Notes: a model not told the origin generated them from the sequence alone. Counted from the first letter of the stretch, positions 11,812-24,891 are shown. The stretch is 64,000 bases of DNA from Zygnema circumcarinatum SAG 698-1b (GCA_037447605.1 CM074814.1:2790001-2854000), one strand, 5' to 3'. Translations and numbers: made by a program.

Positions 11812-12074
11812 GGCTCCAACGAGGAAAGGTAAAGGAAAGGTAATGTACGGACAGTACAGAAAACGGCGGCTAAGGTAAACTGGAAGGCAAACTGAACCAC
11901 AGAGTAGTTGACGAGAACAAATAACCTTTTTTTTTTCAGGTCGTTCGCACTCTCAAACAAACTCTTTAGTCCAAACTCTCTAAACAACTTCAAAGGAAAT
12001 ACATATTCTTTCCCTCCCTCCCACTAGCTCTCTCTCTCTCTCTCACTTTCTATATATCACTATCTACCTCTCGC

Positions 12075-12202
<128 letters not shown>

Positions 12203-12350
12203 GTACTCATTTGCACACACCCATTCCTGGTGTATAATTGAACCCATAACTCTAAAACCAAAAATTCAAAGTAAAGGCCCAATCCTGCAAACCCCAAACC
12301 TGAAGCCAGAACCCTAATTTTTTCAAACCGTACATGCTAAACCCTAAACC

Positions 12351-15300
12351 CTAATCGACCTTGGGGAGCTTCACAACGACGACGGTGATGTCGTCCGTGG
12401 CTCCGCGCGACACCGCGAGCTTCATCAGTTTGGCCGCCAACGCATCCGGGGAGACGTTCCTGCAAGGGGGGGGGGAGAGGGAGGTCTGGAGAGGGAGAGG
12501 GACAGCGAGCGAGAGAGAGAGGGAGAGAGAGAGAGAAAGAAAGAAAGAGAGAGAGAGAGAGGGGAGAGAGGGGGAGAGGGAGAGGGGGCACAAAGAGGAG
12601 AGGGAGGCAGAGGGAGAGAAGGAAAATAGAAAGCAAGGGGAACCTGAAACTAAGACAGTTGCTCAGAAAAGCGAAACAAGAACTTCCAATAAATTCTGGA
12701 CGCTCTCCCATCCCTCCTCCCGCTTCCCTCCCTCTCCCTCTCCCTCCCTCCCTCCTCTCCCTCTCCTCCCTCTCCCTCTCCTCTCCCTCTCCCTCTCCCT
12801 CTCCCTCTCCCTCTCCCTCTCCTCTCCTCTCCTCTCCCTCTCCTCTCCCTCTCCCTCTCCCCCTCCCCTCCCTCCCCTCCCTCCTCTCCCTCTCCTCCCT
12901 CTCCCTCTCCCTCTCCTCTCCTCTCCCTCTCCTCTCCTCTCCTCTCCCTCTCCCTCTCCCTCTCCTCTCCCTCTCCCACTCTCCTCTCCCTCTCCCACTC
13001 TCCCTCTCCCTCTCCTCTCCTCCTCCCTCTCCTCTCCTCTCCTCTCCCTCTCCCTCTCCCTCTCCCTCTCCTCTCCCTCTCCTCTCCTCTCCCTCTCCCT
13101 CTCCTCTCCCTCTCCTCCCTCTCCCTCCCTCTCCTCTCCTCTCCTCTCCTCTCCTCTCCCTCTCCTCTCCTCTCCTCTCCCTCCTCCCTCCTCCCTCCTC
13201 TCCCTCTCCCTCTCCCTCTCCCTCTCCCTCTCCCTCTCCTCCTCCTCTCCCTCTCCTTCTCCCTCCTCCTCCCTCTCCACTCTCCCTCTCCCTCTCTCGC
13301 TCCCTCTGCTCCCCCCCCTCTCTCCCCGTTTCTCCCTCTCTCCCTTAACCCGCCCCCCCGCCTCTCCCCCCCTCTCTCCCCACTCTCTCGTCCCTCGGTT
13401 TCTCCCACTCGCTCGACCCTTGATCCCTACTCCAGCCCTCCCTCCCTCCCTCCCTCCCTCCGTCCTTCCTCTCCCCCTCCTCCTTCCTCTCCCCCTCCCT
13501 CCCTCCCTCCCTCCTCCCTCCCTCCCTCCCTCCTCCCTCCTCCCTCCCTCCTCCCTCCCTCCTCCTCTCCCCCTCCCTCCCACCTTCCTCTCCCCCTCTC
13601 TCCCTCCCACCTCTCGCCCTCCCTCCTCTCCCCCTCCCTCCCTCCCTCCTCTCGCCCTCCTCCTCTCGCCCTCCCTCCCACCTCTCCCCCTCTCTCCCCC
13701 TCTCTCCCTCTCCCCCTCCCCTCCCCTCCCTCTCCCTCTCCTCACTCTTCCTCCCGGCAGACGTCCACTGCCTCCTGGTTCGGCACTGAGTCCCAAAGTC
13801 CGTCGGAGGCGATAATCAGCCACTCGTCCCCTGCGCCCCTATCCGTACGCTGACGTCATCTTGACGTCACTCGGCTCCATGCCCACACATCCATGCATGC
13901 GTGCCCACATGGCATGGCGGATGGCCCCTATGCCCGACACCCTCCTGTACGGCCTAAAACCCTAAACTTTAACCTTCACTCCGTACACCCCTTCGTCGTA
14001 CTTTGACAACCACACAACCCCTAAGAACCCTAACTAGCAAAACCCTAAACCCCAAACTCTACACCTGCGAACCCTAAAACTGAAATCCTACACACGAACC
14101 TTAAATATTCAAACCCTCAACACTTAAACCCTAAATCTACACCTAAATCCCTAGACCCTAAACCCTCGAACCCTAATCCCTAACCCCTAGTCCCTAGCCC
14201 CCTACACCCTCCACCCTAGCCCCCCTAGCCCCCCTCCCCTAGCCCCCCTAGCCCCCCCTAGCCCCNNNNNNNNNNCCGCTAGCCCCCCCCCTAGCCCCCC
14301 TAGCCCCCTACCGGGCGCGAGGTCCTCCATTGAGACGGAGGGCTCCGCGGTGAGACCGAACCCGCCCCGCGCGCCGTCCTGCACTCCGTCGGACCAGCTG
14401 TCACGTCACGCCACGCCGGTTGACCATGAGTCAACGAAGTCAAGGTCATGATTGTAGATGGTCAAGAAAGTCAAGGTCGGGGCTGCTTTAGATGAACAAA
14501 GTCAAGGTCGTGATTGGCTTTGGTGAAGAAGTCGAGGCGGAGAGGACTCACTCCTTGAGGTAGACGTCTCCAAAGGCGCGGGAGAGAGCGAGAAGGCCTC
14601 CCACTCTCCAGGCCCCTCCGGCATATTGCACCTGTGGCAAGAGAGGGGGAGGGAGGGAGGGAGAGAGAGGGAGGGAGAGGGGGGGAGAGAGGGAGGAAGA
14701 GAGGGGGAGAGAAAGGGAGGGAGAGAGGGGGAGAGAAAGGGGGGAGAGAAGGGGAGAGAGAGGGAGGGAGAGGGGGAAAGAGGGGGGAAAGGGTGAGAGG
14801 GGGAGGGAGAGAGGGAGAGAGGGAGGGACAGAGGGAGGGAGAGAGAGGGAGGAACAGAGGGAGACAGAGTGAGGGAGGGAGAGAGGGAGGCCGAGAGGGA
14901 GGGGAGAGAGAGAGAGAGAGAGACGGAGGGAGAGAGGGAGAGAGAGGGAGGGAGAGAGGGAGAGAGGGGAAGAGAGAGGGAGGGATCGAGGGAGAGGGAA
15001 ATTGAGGGAGACAGAGGGAGGGGGGACTGGGTGAGGAGGGAGTGGCAGAGAGAGGGAGAGAGAGAAAGAGAGAGGAGATAGAGTGCAACTGGAAGGAGGC
15101 ATGTTTCCTTCTCCTTACAAGTGGTTTTTTTGGAGTTGGATTCTTCTTCTCTATGCGGAGCCGCTCCGCCTCCACATCCGGCTGCACCGTGCGAAGCAAA
15201 CACGGAATCACAATTAAAAATAAAATAACATAAAAAAAAAAAAAAAACGACTCTCTGTAGAAGAGGTCACCAGGAACCCTAAAAACCAATTAGTCGAGCT

Positions 15301-18300
15301 CAACCCTAACTTTGATCCCTGAACCCTACACTTTAAACACGCTCCCTGAACCCTAAACCCTAAACCCTGAACTGTACAAAACTTCAAACCGCCATCCGAA
15401 AGTCTAACCTGAAGTCGTTACTTCTCAACCCTCAACTCTAAATCCTAAATCCTAACCATAAACCCGAACGAGCAACCCGAAACCATTTCCCTAAAACCCT
15501 AATCCGTCCATCCTAGCCATCAATTGTTAACCCTAACCCTTAAAACCCTAACCCTTCTGAACCCCTAATCTCTCAACTCTAATACTCTAAACCCTAACCC
15601 TAAACTCTGATCCCTAACCCTAAAACCTGCAGTCCTAAAACCAAGAATCCTCCCCATCCCTAAATGCTAACCCTAAACCTTAAAGCCTAAACGCTAAACC
15701 TTTAACCCTAAACGTTAAACCCTAAACCTTCACCCTAAACTCTGATCCCAAACCCTAAAACCTGCAGTCCTAAAACCAAGAATCCTCCCCAACCCTAAAT
15801 GCTAACCGTAAAACCTTAAACCCTAAACGCTAAACCCTAAACCCTAAACCCTAACCCCCACCTTATGGTCAACGCTGAGCTGGACCGCCTTTCCCCCCCG
15901 AGAGAGGACAGTCCGCGCATCCCCAACATTGGCTGCCAAGATCCGCCACGTGGCACCTGCAGGAGGCTCCGTCTTTCCCGGTTTAGGGTTCAGGGTTTAG
16001 GGTAAGGGAAGCTTCAGGAGTCAGGATTGAGAGAAGTTTCGGGTTTAGGGATTTGGATGTGGAGTTGATGCAGGGTTTAGAATTCAGGGATTTTTAGGGT
16101 TTTAAGGCTATAGAGCTTAGGATTCAGGATTTAGGGATTAGGGTTTGAGGTTTAGGGTTTTAGGGTTTAGGGTTTTAGGGCTTAAAGGTTAGGGTTTTAG
16201 AGTTTTAAGACTGTAGAGCTTAGGATTTAAGATTTAGGGTTTAAGGTTTAGGGCTTTAGAGCCTAAAGGTTAGGGTTTTAGGGTTTTGACCGGGCAGGAG
16301 GACGACGGTAGCGGCCGTCGCTCCGCATTTGGAGCCTCCCATGCCGCGCTCTCTCAGGGCTCCAAAAAGGCCTTTTGGAGGAGCCTGCAAAACGATATAA
16401 GACGAGCGAGAGTGGGAGAGAAAGAGTGGGAGCGAGAGTGGGAGAGAGAGGGGGGGAGCGAGAGAAAGAGAAAAGAGAGAGAGAAAAAGAGGGCGAAGAG
16501 AGGAGAAAACATGAGAAGTGTGAACTTGTCATAGCCATAAGGTCTTTTTGGAAAGGAAAAAAAAAGGAAGCACTAAGGAATGAACCCCTCTTAAGCTCCA
16601 CGACCCTCAACTCTAAAACCCCCAAACCCCAAAGCCACTGAACCCTAAAGTCCAAATTCCTGGACATGCAACCCGGAAACCCCAAAACCCTAAATTTTGA
16701 AACCCTGAAGCCCTAATACCCTAGACCTGGAAATGTACGCCTATGCCCTAAACCCTAAACCCTAGATCCTCAAGCTTCCCTAATACCCTAAATCCTAAAC
16801 CCTCGAACCTAAACCCTAAATCCTCAAACCCTTAACCCTAAAACTCTAAATCTTAGACCCTAAACACTAAACCCCAAACACTAAACCCTAAACCCTTGAA
16901 CCTTACACCCTCCACTTTACAACCTTAAACCCTAAACCCTAAATACGAGCGGGGTTTTAGGGTTTCTCTCTCTCTCTCTCTCACGAGAGTGGCGGCGTCG
17001 GCCTCTAAGTACGAAGCTTCGGTGGCTCGGAGCGGATCCGACCCTGAACCCAACCCTAGGCCGAACTGCCACTCCCATTCAAAAACCCTAGGAACCGAAC
17101 GGTATTTAGGGTTAGGGTTTAGCCTCTCTCTCTCTCTCCCTCACTCCTACCCCTCTCTCTCCCACTCCTCTCTCCCTCTCCCTGTCTAGGACCTATACTT
17201 TCTCATACACTCGCTTTCCCGAGCTGCCTTCTGTCTTCTGTGTCTCTCTCCCTTGTCTCTCTCTCCATTCTCCCTCCACTCTCCGACTCTCCTCCCCTCC
17301 CTCTCTCTCTCTCTTGCTTCCTCTCCCCTCTCTCACTCTCTCTCCGTCTCTCTCCAACGTAAGCAGGAGGTGCAGAAAATCGAGTCAGGATTTACCGGCT
17401 GCCAAATTCTTCTTGTAGATGTTCCAAAGTTCGTTTTTTAAAAACCTGCCAAAAAATTCCGCCCGCCCCAAATAAAAAAAAAAAATCAGATCACTGTCTT
17501 AGAGCGGAAATGCATCCAACCAGAGGAATGAGTAAATGCAGTAGAAAGGTCAATGTGGACAGATGGCGTTGAGAGAAGGAAGTCAGAGAGGGAGAGAGAG
17601 GGGGGAGGGGAGGGAGAAGGATAGAGCGAGAGCAAAAGGAGAAGGAAGCGAGAGAGGAAAGCCAGAGTGAGAGCATGGAAAGAGAGAGTGAGAGGACGAG
17701 GAAGAGAGGGAGATAAAGAGAGAAAGAAATATGGAAAAGGCGAGATGGAGGGAGAGCAAACGCAAAAGAGAGAGAACGAGAAAGATTGCGATAGAGAGAG
17801 ATAGAGAGAGCGATAGAGAGGAGGAGAGCGAGGGGGGAAGAGAGAGAGAGAGTACTCGCGATAGAGTGGGTGGAAGGAGAGGGAGTGGGAGAGGGGGGGG
17901 GAGAGAGAGAGAGAGAGTACTCGCGATAGAGAGGGTGCAAGGAGAGGGAGTGGGCGAGGGTGGGTGGAAAAGAGAGAGTACTCGCGATAGGGAGGGTGCA
18001 AGGGGAGAGAGTGGGCGAGGGTGGGTGGAGAGAGAGAGAGAGAGTACTCGCGATAGGGAGGGTGCAAGGAGAGGGAGTGGGAGAGGTTGGGGGGTGGAGA
18101 GAGAGTATACTCGGCCACATTCGGTCCGCCGTGTCCGTCGAAGACCCCAAAGAAGGAGGGCCCCTCCCCCGAGGCGTCGACTCCCACAAAATAAAAGTCC
18201 TCAAAAATGGCTCGTCCCAACCCCTTCATGCTGGCGGCTCCGTAGCTGCAACTCCTTCAAAAATCAAAAAAATTACATACATATATATATATATATATAT

Positions 18301-18997
18301 ATGTATATAAACTTATATTTATCTATATTCAAACACAAAAAATACAGGTTCAAAAAAATTAAGGTAACTGTTCAAAGGAAAGGAGAAGGGGAGGGGGGGG
18401 GGGGTGGTGTTCAAACCTTTCCTTAACTGAAACGGCGCAGCTGACATGGAGACTCCGTTGAAAAGTGGCTCCTGAACGAGAAGGAAAAAAATTTAAAGCA
18501 AAGGAAGGAGGAAACAACTTGACGGCAGAAAAAGGAGGAAACGAACTGGGCCTTTTTATTTTTGCGTTTATTATATGAGTTTCACTTTTGGGCTTCTTTA
18601 CAAAAATATTAAAAATCAACATAAATTTTTTTTTTTTTTAAATCTACAAAATTTGACGCACTCTGATTGGCTGAGGAGGGCTGGAGGCGTCGCAGAAAAT
18701 TCGAGGAAAGTCGGCGGCCGAAATTTGAAGCTTCGCATTTTGCGGAAAATTTCGAGACGGTCTGCCCTAATAAAAACCCAGGGACAAAAAGTGAAATATT
18801 TTTATTTGAAAAGCCGACATTTCTGAAGCCCAGAGATCTGAACCCTGCTGCGTCTTTAAGCCCTTAAACCCTAAATTAAGACCCTGGGCCTTGAACCCTA
18901 ACTGTACGGTCTGCATGATGACGTGTACCTTCTGGCCGGCCGTTGCATGGCTGCATGCTGACGCGCACGCTGACGTCTGCGCCACTATCGCCGCCAT
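12351..18997 (-). CDS. Protein phosphatase 2C (PPM family), probably plastid-targeted, about 13 exons
   Basis: Exons include 18997-18929, 18245-~18110, 17445-17396, 17043-16985, 16384-16291, 15956-15862, 15181-15119, 14631-14552, 14397-14312, 13830-13746 and 12459-12351. All PPM motifs are present: EDF, GVFDGHGG, ANVGDAR, DHKP, LALSRAFGD, IASDGLWD, TDDITVVVV. The N-terminus is S/R/A-rich and ends SLHVSCAVSV (transit-peptide-like). Confidence 0.9.
12660..13745. repeat. CT/GA-rich low-complexity tract of about 1.1 kb in the last PP2C intron
   Basis: Continuous ctccctct-type degenerate microsatellite. Confidence 0.9.
15290..16945. repeat. Degenerate plant-telomere (CCCTAAA/TTTAGGG) repeats filling three consecutive PP2C introns in alternating orientation
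   Basis: On the + strand: CCCTAAA-like at 15290-15855, TTTAGGG-like at 15980-16287, and CCCTAAA-like at 16600-16945. Confidence 0.85.
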
Positions 18998-20258
18998 CTC
19001 CTCCCCGGCCCTTCTCTCACTCTCTCTCTCCCTTTCTCTCTCCCTCTCTCTCTCTCGCTCTCCGCTCTGTGTCCCTCTCTCCCCCTCTCTCTCGCTCTCT
19101 ATCCCTCCCTCTCCCTCTCACTCTCACTCTCACTCTCCCTCTCTTGCAGTGCCCTCTCACTTCTCTCTCCTCTTCGCTAGACAGTTTTGCTCTGACTACA
19201 GACAGTTCCAGTTAAAGTTGCTGTTCCGTTCAACTGAACAGCTACTGGAACCATTTCTATGCTCAGTCGATAAAAACTAAAACTGTAACTTTAACGGGCA
19301 GACCGTTATATTCGTACGAATAGAAAAGGTTTGACTCAAGATCTGACTCGAGCCAAGCCGAGCTCTGAGTCTACATCTGACTCTTACTCGCCTCCTTTCG
19401 ACCAATCAGAGCCCTGCATTAGGTGTACGGCCTCTGATTGGTGCTGTACAGAAAGGTCCTGAACTCGACTCACTTGTGGACTCGTACATTCGTACAAATG
19501 TACTTCAACAGATGCTCGATCGGTACTGATTTGTATTCTGTCCCGCGATCTCGCACTTGCGGAAATTGCCGGCCAATGACTGCCAAGGAATCCGGGCAGC
19601 CGGCTGTGCCATTAGGGGGGGGGGGGCTCTCAGACATTGACCATGGCCGTACTAAATTCCCGAATTTAGTATACAGTACTAAAAGTCAAAGTTTCGTGTA
19701 CGAATTCCGGAGTAGCTACAGCACCTTCTGCACATCCGCGGCTCCGCCGGACCCAGCCGTACTGAAATGCGTATTTGGCCAAGGCTTAATTCGCCCGACA
19801 AGCTTACTAAATTCATTTGGCCATGGTCTATGTCTGACCCCCCCTAATAACCGTGAGGAATCCTCAAAACAAACACCCTGAGCCACCTTACTGAAAAACG
19901 ACCCTACGAACACTCTTAAAAACACCCTGAAAACCAAAGCATATAAAACCCTACAAGGCTTATAGACCCGAAAGAGAACCATAAGACTTCAAAAAACGTT
20001 TGGAGTGTTCACACACTGCGAATACTGGACGATGTTGTTCTGCTCTGGTTTGTACATTAAGAGGATGTAGCGATGGGCAGGGAGCTCGTTCTAGAGCTTC
20101 GTTACATGTGCTGTTCAGCTTCAGTTTTGGAGTAGCAAAATGTCATAAATAATGTAGGCTTTTTCTATGTGCGTGATCTGCTATATACATTTTCTTGTCG
20201 TCTCTATCTATCTCTTTCTCCCCCTCTCTCACCTCTCTCCCTCTCCTCTCTCCCTCTC

Positions 20259-20309
<51 letters not shown>

Positions 20310-20538
20310 ACAAACACACACTCTCTCTCTCTTCGCAGCGGGAGCCTGGATTTGATGAAGCTGTTTATTTTCCAAGCGGATGCGAGGCGGACCTCCTGTT
20401 GCCAAGTTCACCAGTCCAAGGTTACGAATCTGTGGCAATTGGAACTGAAACTGAAACTGAAACTGGAACTGTGACTGGAACTGAAACTGGAAGTGGAACT
20501 GGAACTGGAAGGTCATAGAGAGGGGAGCATGTTTGCAG

Positions 20539-23500
20539 TCAGACGCGGATGGTCACGATCTCGCAGTGTCGCATTCTCCTCTTTGTCCCCGTCAGCTCCT
20601 GCAAACAGCCGCCCTCAAATGGTGCCATAAATAAATATCAACCAGAGAAAACCAGTCTTTTAATGAGCTCATTACGACGTTTTAGTATCGCTGATTTAGT
20701 GATCATTTTTATTACCAATTAAGGAGCAATTTTCAGTCGAAATACGCATCCTTTTTTTTCCCTTGCCCGTTGTCTCCACTCCCCTCCTCTCCCTCCTGCC
20801 CCAATATCTCTTTTCTCCCGCCCTCCTTCCCTCCTCTTCCCTCGCAGTATTTCTGTCTCCCTCCCACTCTTTCCACCTCACACCACCTTCCCCCTCCCTC
20901 TCTCCCCTCACTCACTCACTTCACTCTCTCTCTCTCCTCTCTCTCTCTCCCAACATCTCCCTCCCTTCTGTCCCCTCTATCTTCCCCTACTTTGTAGTCT
21001 CACACCAAGTGCCAACTCTTCGAACATCTTCACCCATTTGTTCCCCATCCACTCCTCCTCAATACCCAAAGATACCCAAAATTAACCGAAAAAAAACTTA
21101 TAAAAACTGAGCCTCTTTCTTACAAGGAAGAAAGTCGAATGCCCGACGACCAGCAGCACCTCCTCCGGCCTCGACTGCAAATACTGGCGAAATTCGCCGA
21201 CTCGCTGCCTCAAACGGCCTGCACATGCGTCAGTTTACAGTTTAACGGATTTCCCAACAAAATGTCAACCAGCATGGAACGAGTGTGCTTATGGACGACG
21301 TCGTCGGAGTTCTCTTTGCTGTGTGGGGAAAAGGGGGGGATGTACCTGGACTCTCCCTCCGTCCAAATACACCTCTGACGGCGTCATTGGGAGCGTCAGG
21401 GTGGGAGTACCACCAGACTTCAGGAATGCCTTCAAAGGAGAATTCGGGAAACTCTTTCGCGAGCACCTGCATTGCGTTGTGGGGGCTGTAAATTTACTAC
21501 ATAGAGTTAACAAAAAAGCATGGAAACACGCATGTATCTTAGGGGTTTTAGGGTTTTTCTGGTTTTTAGGGTTTTTAGGATTTTTAGGGTTTTTTCACAA
21601 GCATGAAGGGCTAAGCCTTTCCTTTTCAACCATAAATGTGTAGGTCATGTGCGAAGGTAGCTAAGTAGAGAGCTCACTTTGGGAGGTCTGCCGACATCGC
21701 CGCTTGTCGCTACATGCTCTGAATGCAGAGGAGTTACCAAGGTCTTAGGGACCTGCAACACAACACATGTGCACACTCAACAATGATGTCAGTGCAACCC
21801 CACCACAGAGTTTCAATGCGAGCCCAAAGACTTCATAAGGGGAAGTTTCGAAGGACCCTAGGGATCATAGAATTCGTTTACAGAAACACCCCGAGAAATA
21901 GCAAATATCCTACAAATTCTGAAAATCTAAAAAACTGGAGGCATGCGTTGAAGGGAGNNNNNNNNNNGAGGGAGGAAGGGAGGGAGAGAGGGAGGGAGAG
22001 AGGGTGGGAGGGAGAGAGGGAGGGAGGGAGGGAGGGCCTTACCTGCCAGTGGCTTCGGCTCTCTCGAAGAGTCTGAAGCGCGCGGGTGAGAGGAGACACC
22101 AGCACCTGCCACGTGGCATCTACTCTGTGAGAGGAGAGCTCTCTCTCTAACTGCCCATTTCTGTTTCCTCTACAGAACAAATGGCACAGATAATTGCGAG
22201 AGGAAGTAAGGAGAAGTACGGAGAGGGGCAAGAGAGAGGGAGAAGGGGGAGTGGAGAGCGGCAACGGAGAGAGGGATTGGGAAAGGAGAGAGAGGAGAGG
22301 GGCAGGGGAGCGAGAGGAGAGAGGGAGAGAGAGGGAGGGGAGGAGGAGGGAGGAGGGAGGTGGAGGGGGGGATGAGGGAGGGGAAGCAGGAGTGGGAGAG
22401 GGAAGTGGGGAGGTAAGGAAATGGAGTAACGAGTTGGGTGGAGGCTGTGGAAGTAACTCGCTTTTTTGTGGTGTATGTCCCACAAGGCTCAAGCTGTGCG
22501 CTTTAGCGCAGAGTAGCCCTAAATTAGAGTTCTAAGACCTTTCTAAAGTTAACTTAGGCTGACTTTGACTTCTATCAACTTCAGTGTGGAAGTTTAACTT
22601 GCTTGTAGGACGCAGAGATTTACGTATTGCAAGTTCGAGAAGCGTATCCTTACTGTACCAGTTGTGGTTTCAGAGGTCGAATTCTCGGCTCAAGTGCTTG
22701 TGCCTGGATACCTCGCCCCCAATCTCCAAAAATCAGAAAAGCAAAAGAATGCCATTGTACCTGAAACTGGAAAACAGAGATATCCTTTGACCAAAGGAAA
22801 AGTAAACTGACCAAACTTAAAAAGTGAGAAATGCAGAAGAAGCAAGCATTTGCTGGAAGACGAGTCTGTTGTCATAGTTCACTGACTCATACCGACAAAG
22901 GAGGTAGGAAGGCTTCAGGAAGTTCAGATTAGGTTTAAAAAAGTCTAGTTTTAGTGAGAGCAGGAAGGTCTATTGGGCTCCTAATTGATGACATCTTTTG
23001 GGCTTAATGAGAGGTTTGAGGGTGTCCTCACTTGCTGCGTGCCGAGGGAGGTGAGCGGAACATCAAAGCAGCGGTTGCCCGCAAACACTCCCAAAGCGCT
23101 CGCAGTGTGGCCATGGCGGACAAGATGGACGATCTGAGGGAAAAACTGAGGGGTCAGAGAGGAGAGGGGGAGGGGAGAGAGAGAGAGGAGGGGGACGGGN
23201 NNNNNNNNNGGAGGGGGGAGGGAGAGAGAGAGAGGGGGAGAGAGGGAGACGTCGAGAGAGAGAGAAAGATGGGCGATTGGACACTGGTAGGGAAGATGAG
23301 GATCAGAAGGAGAGAGTGGAAGAGCATGCGTGAGGGAGTACGGAGGCGAAAGAAAGTGAGAAGGGGAAATGGATGGGCCAAAGAAAGAGGGAAAGAGGAA
23401 AGGGTAGGAGATGCGGATGCAAGTGGGAGCGGGGAGGTGAGAGGGAAGAGGGAGGGGTTGATGAAAGATAGAGAGAGAGGTTGAAGGGGCAGAGAGGGAG

Positions 23501-24891
23501 GATAAGGTGAGAAAGAGAGAGAGGTAGGGAGAGAGAGGGAGGTATGGGAGTAGAGGCAAGAGGCACTGGCGGCCAAGGAGAGAGAGGTGGGGAGAAGGAA
23601 CAGAGAGTCCTTGACTTCCAAACAGTGAGGATTTCACAAAGGATGGCGGCATGGTTTGACAATGTTAGGCAATTCTTCAACTATTGATTCATTCACGTAA
23701 GTTTTAAAAAGCTCCGAGCTGACCTTTGTGGGTCGCAGAAAGATAGGCGCAAATGGGGCGCTCCGTCGCTCCTGCATTGAAAAACCATCACGAACAAAGA
23801 CGTGCAATTCGTAATCAATAGCCTCCCTCCCTCTTCACGTCTCTCTCTCTCTCTCACTCTCGCTCCTCTCCTTCATTTCAATTTATTTGAGCGATTTTTT
23901 CCGGCACGAATGTGGACACATTGTCACCACTTGATTCCGTTTCCTTTTCTCTCCCTCTCCTCACTCTCTCTCTAACGCTCTCTCTTTAACTCTCTCTCTC
24001 TCTCTCTCTCTCGATGTATATATGTATGATTATTTTTTCCTTCCTAAATTTCAAGCCGAGCATTACTGATTCCAACTGAATAAGATATCCTGACAGAAAT
24101 CACATACTGACCCGCTTCTCAAGCTCGAATCCAATTGCCGCCGTTTCACCGGTTTCAGTTTCAGTTTCAATTTCGGTTTTAGTCCTAAAGTTTTCCTCAG
24201 AACATTGATTTCGTAGATCGCATTCGTCTCCTGCTCCGCCAATTCTCACTCCCTCCCTATTCCCAATGGATGATGCCACTACCACTCCTCCCTCCCCCCC
24301 TCCGAATTCTCTACCTTCTCTACCTCTCCCATTGCTAGACCTCACCTCTCCTCCAATCCTGCCATTCACACTCTCCCTTGTGCCTCCCACCACCTCCTCC
24401 TCCCTCTTCTCACCTACCCTATCCTCTCCCGTTTTTGGAGTCAAATTTCCGGAGGAATCATGAACAAAGACTTGACAGCTGCCTCCCTCTCTCTCCCTCT
24501 CCCTCTCTTCATCTCCTTGTGTGCTTCCCCCCCCCAACCGCCAGTCTTGCTCCTCTCCTCTCCCACTCACCCCTCCCTCCCCACTAGCACCCCCATCGAT
24601 TGTCCCTCCCCCATACTCCCTCCCTCCATCCACCCTCCCACTCACTCTCCCGCCCCTTCTCTCACTCCTGCGCTCTAAGACACAGCTCTCCACGTGGCAT
24701 CCCATCATGAAAAGTCCCACCATCCGCCCACATATAGGACACTCAACAAAACGGCTGCCATCCCTTCCCCCTGGCCCCTCTCCCTCTCTCGCTCCCTCCC
24801 ACTCTCCCTCCCTCTCCCTCTCTCTTCCCCTGTCTCGCTTCCACTTCCCCTCCTTGAGTCCTTCGCCAGACAGAGACCTCCTCCTTTTCAT
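20539..24891 (-). CDS. Histidine phosphatase (phosphoglycerate mutase-like) with an N-terminal UBZ4/Rad18-type zinc finger
   Basis: Exon 1 runs from ATG 24891 and contains CPIC-x11-H-x3-C (24741-24682). Later exons give ERRSAPFAPIFLRPTK | IVHLVRHGH...DVPLTSLGTQQ (23133-23032) | AQALEPRIRPLKPQL | VLVSPLTRALQT | ...HSEHVATSGDVG | ...VVGHSTFF | ...HCEIVTIRV* (TGA 20539-20541). The RHG, SPL.RA.QT and GH catalytic motifs are intact. Confidence 0.8.

Noticed and set aside
12361-13823. Several 230-480 aa Pro/Leu/Ser- or Glu/Arg/Gly-rich ORFs
   Set aside because: They come from a low-complexity CT/GA intron of PP2C; only the flanking exons are coding.
19300-19400. GAGCCAAGCCGAGC-type motifs here and at 26410-26520 as transposon subterminal repeats
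   Set aside because: No TIR or TSD could be identified around them.
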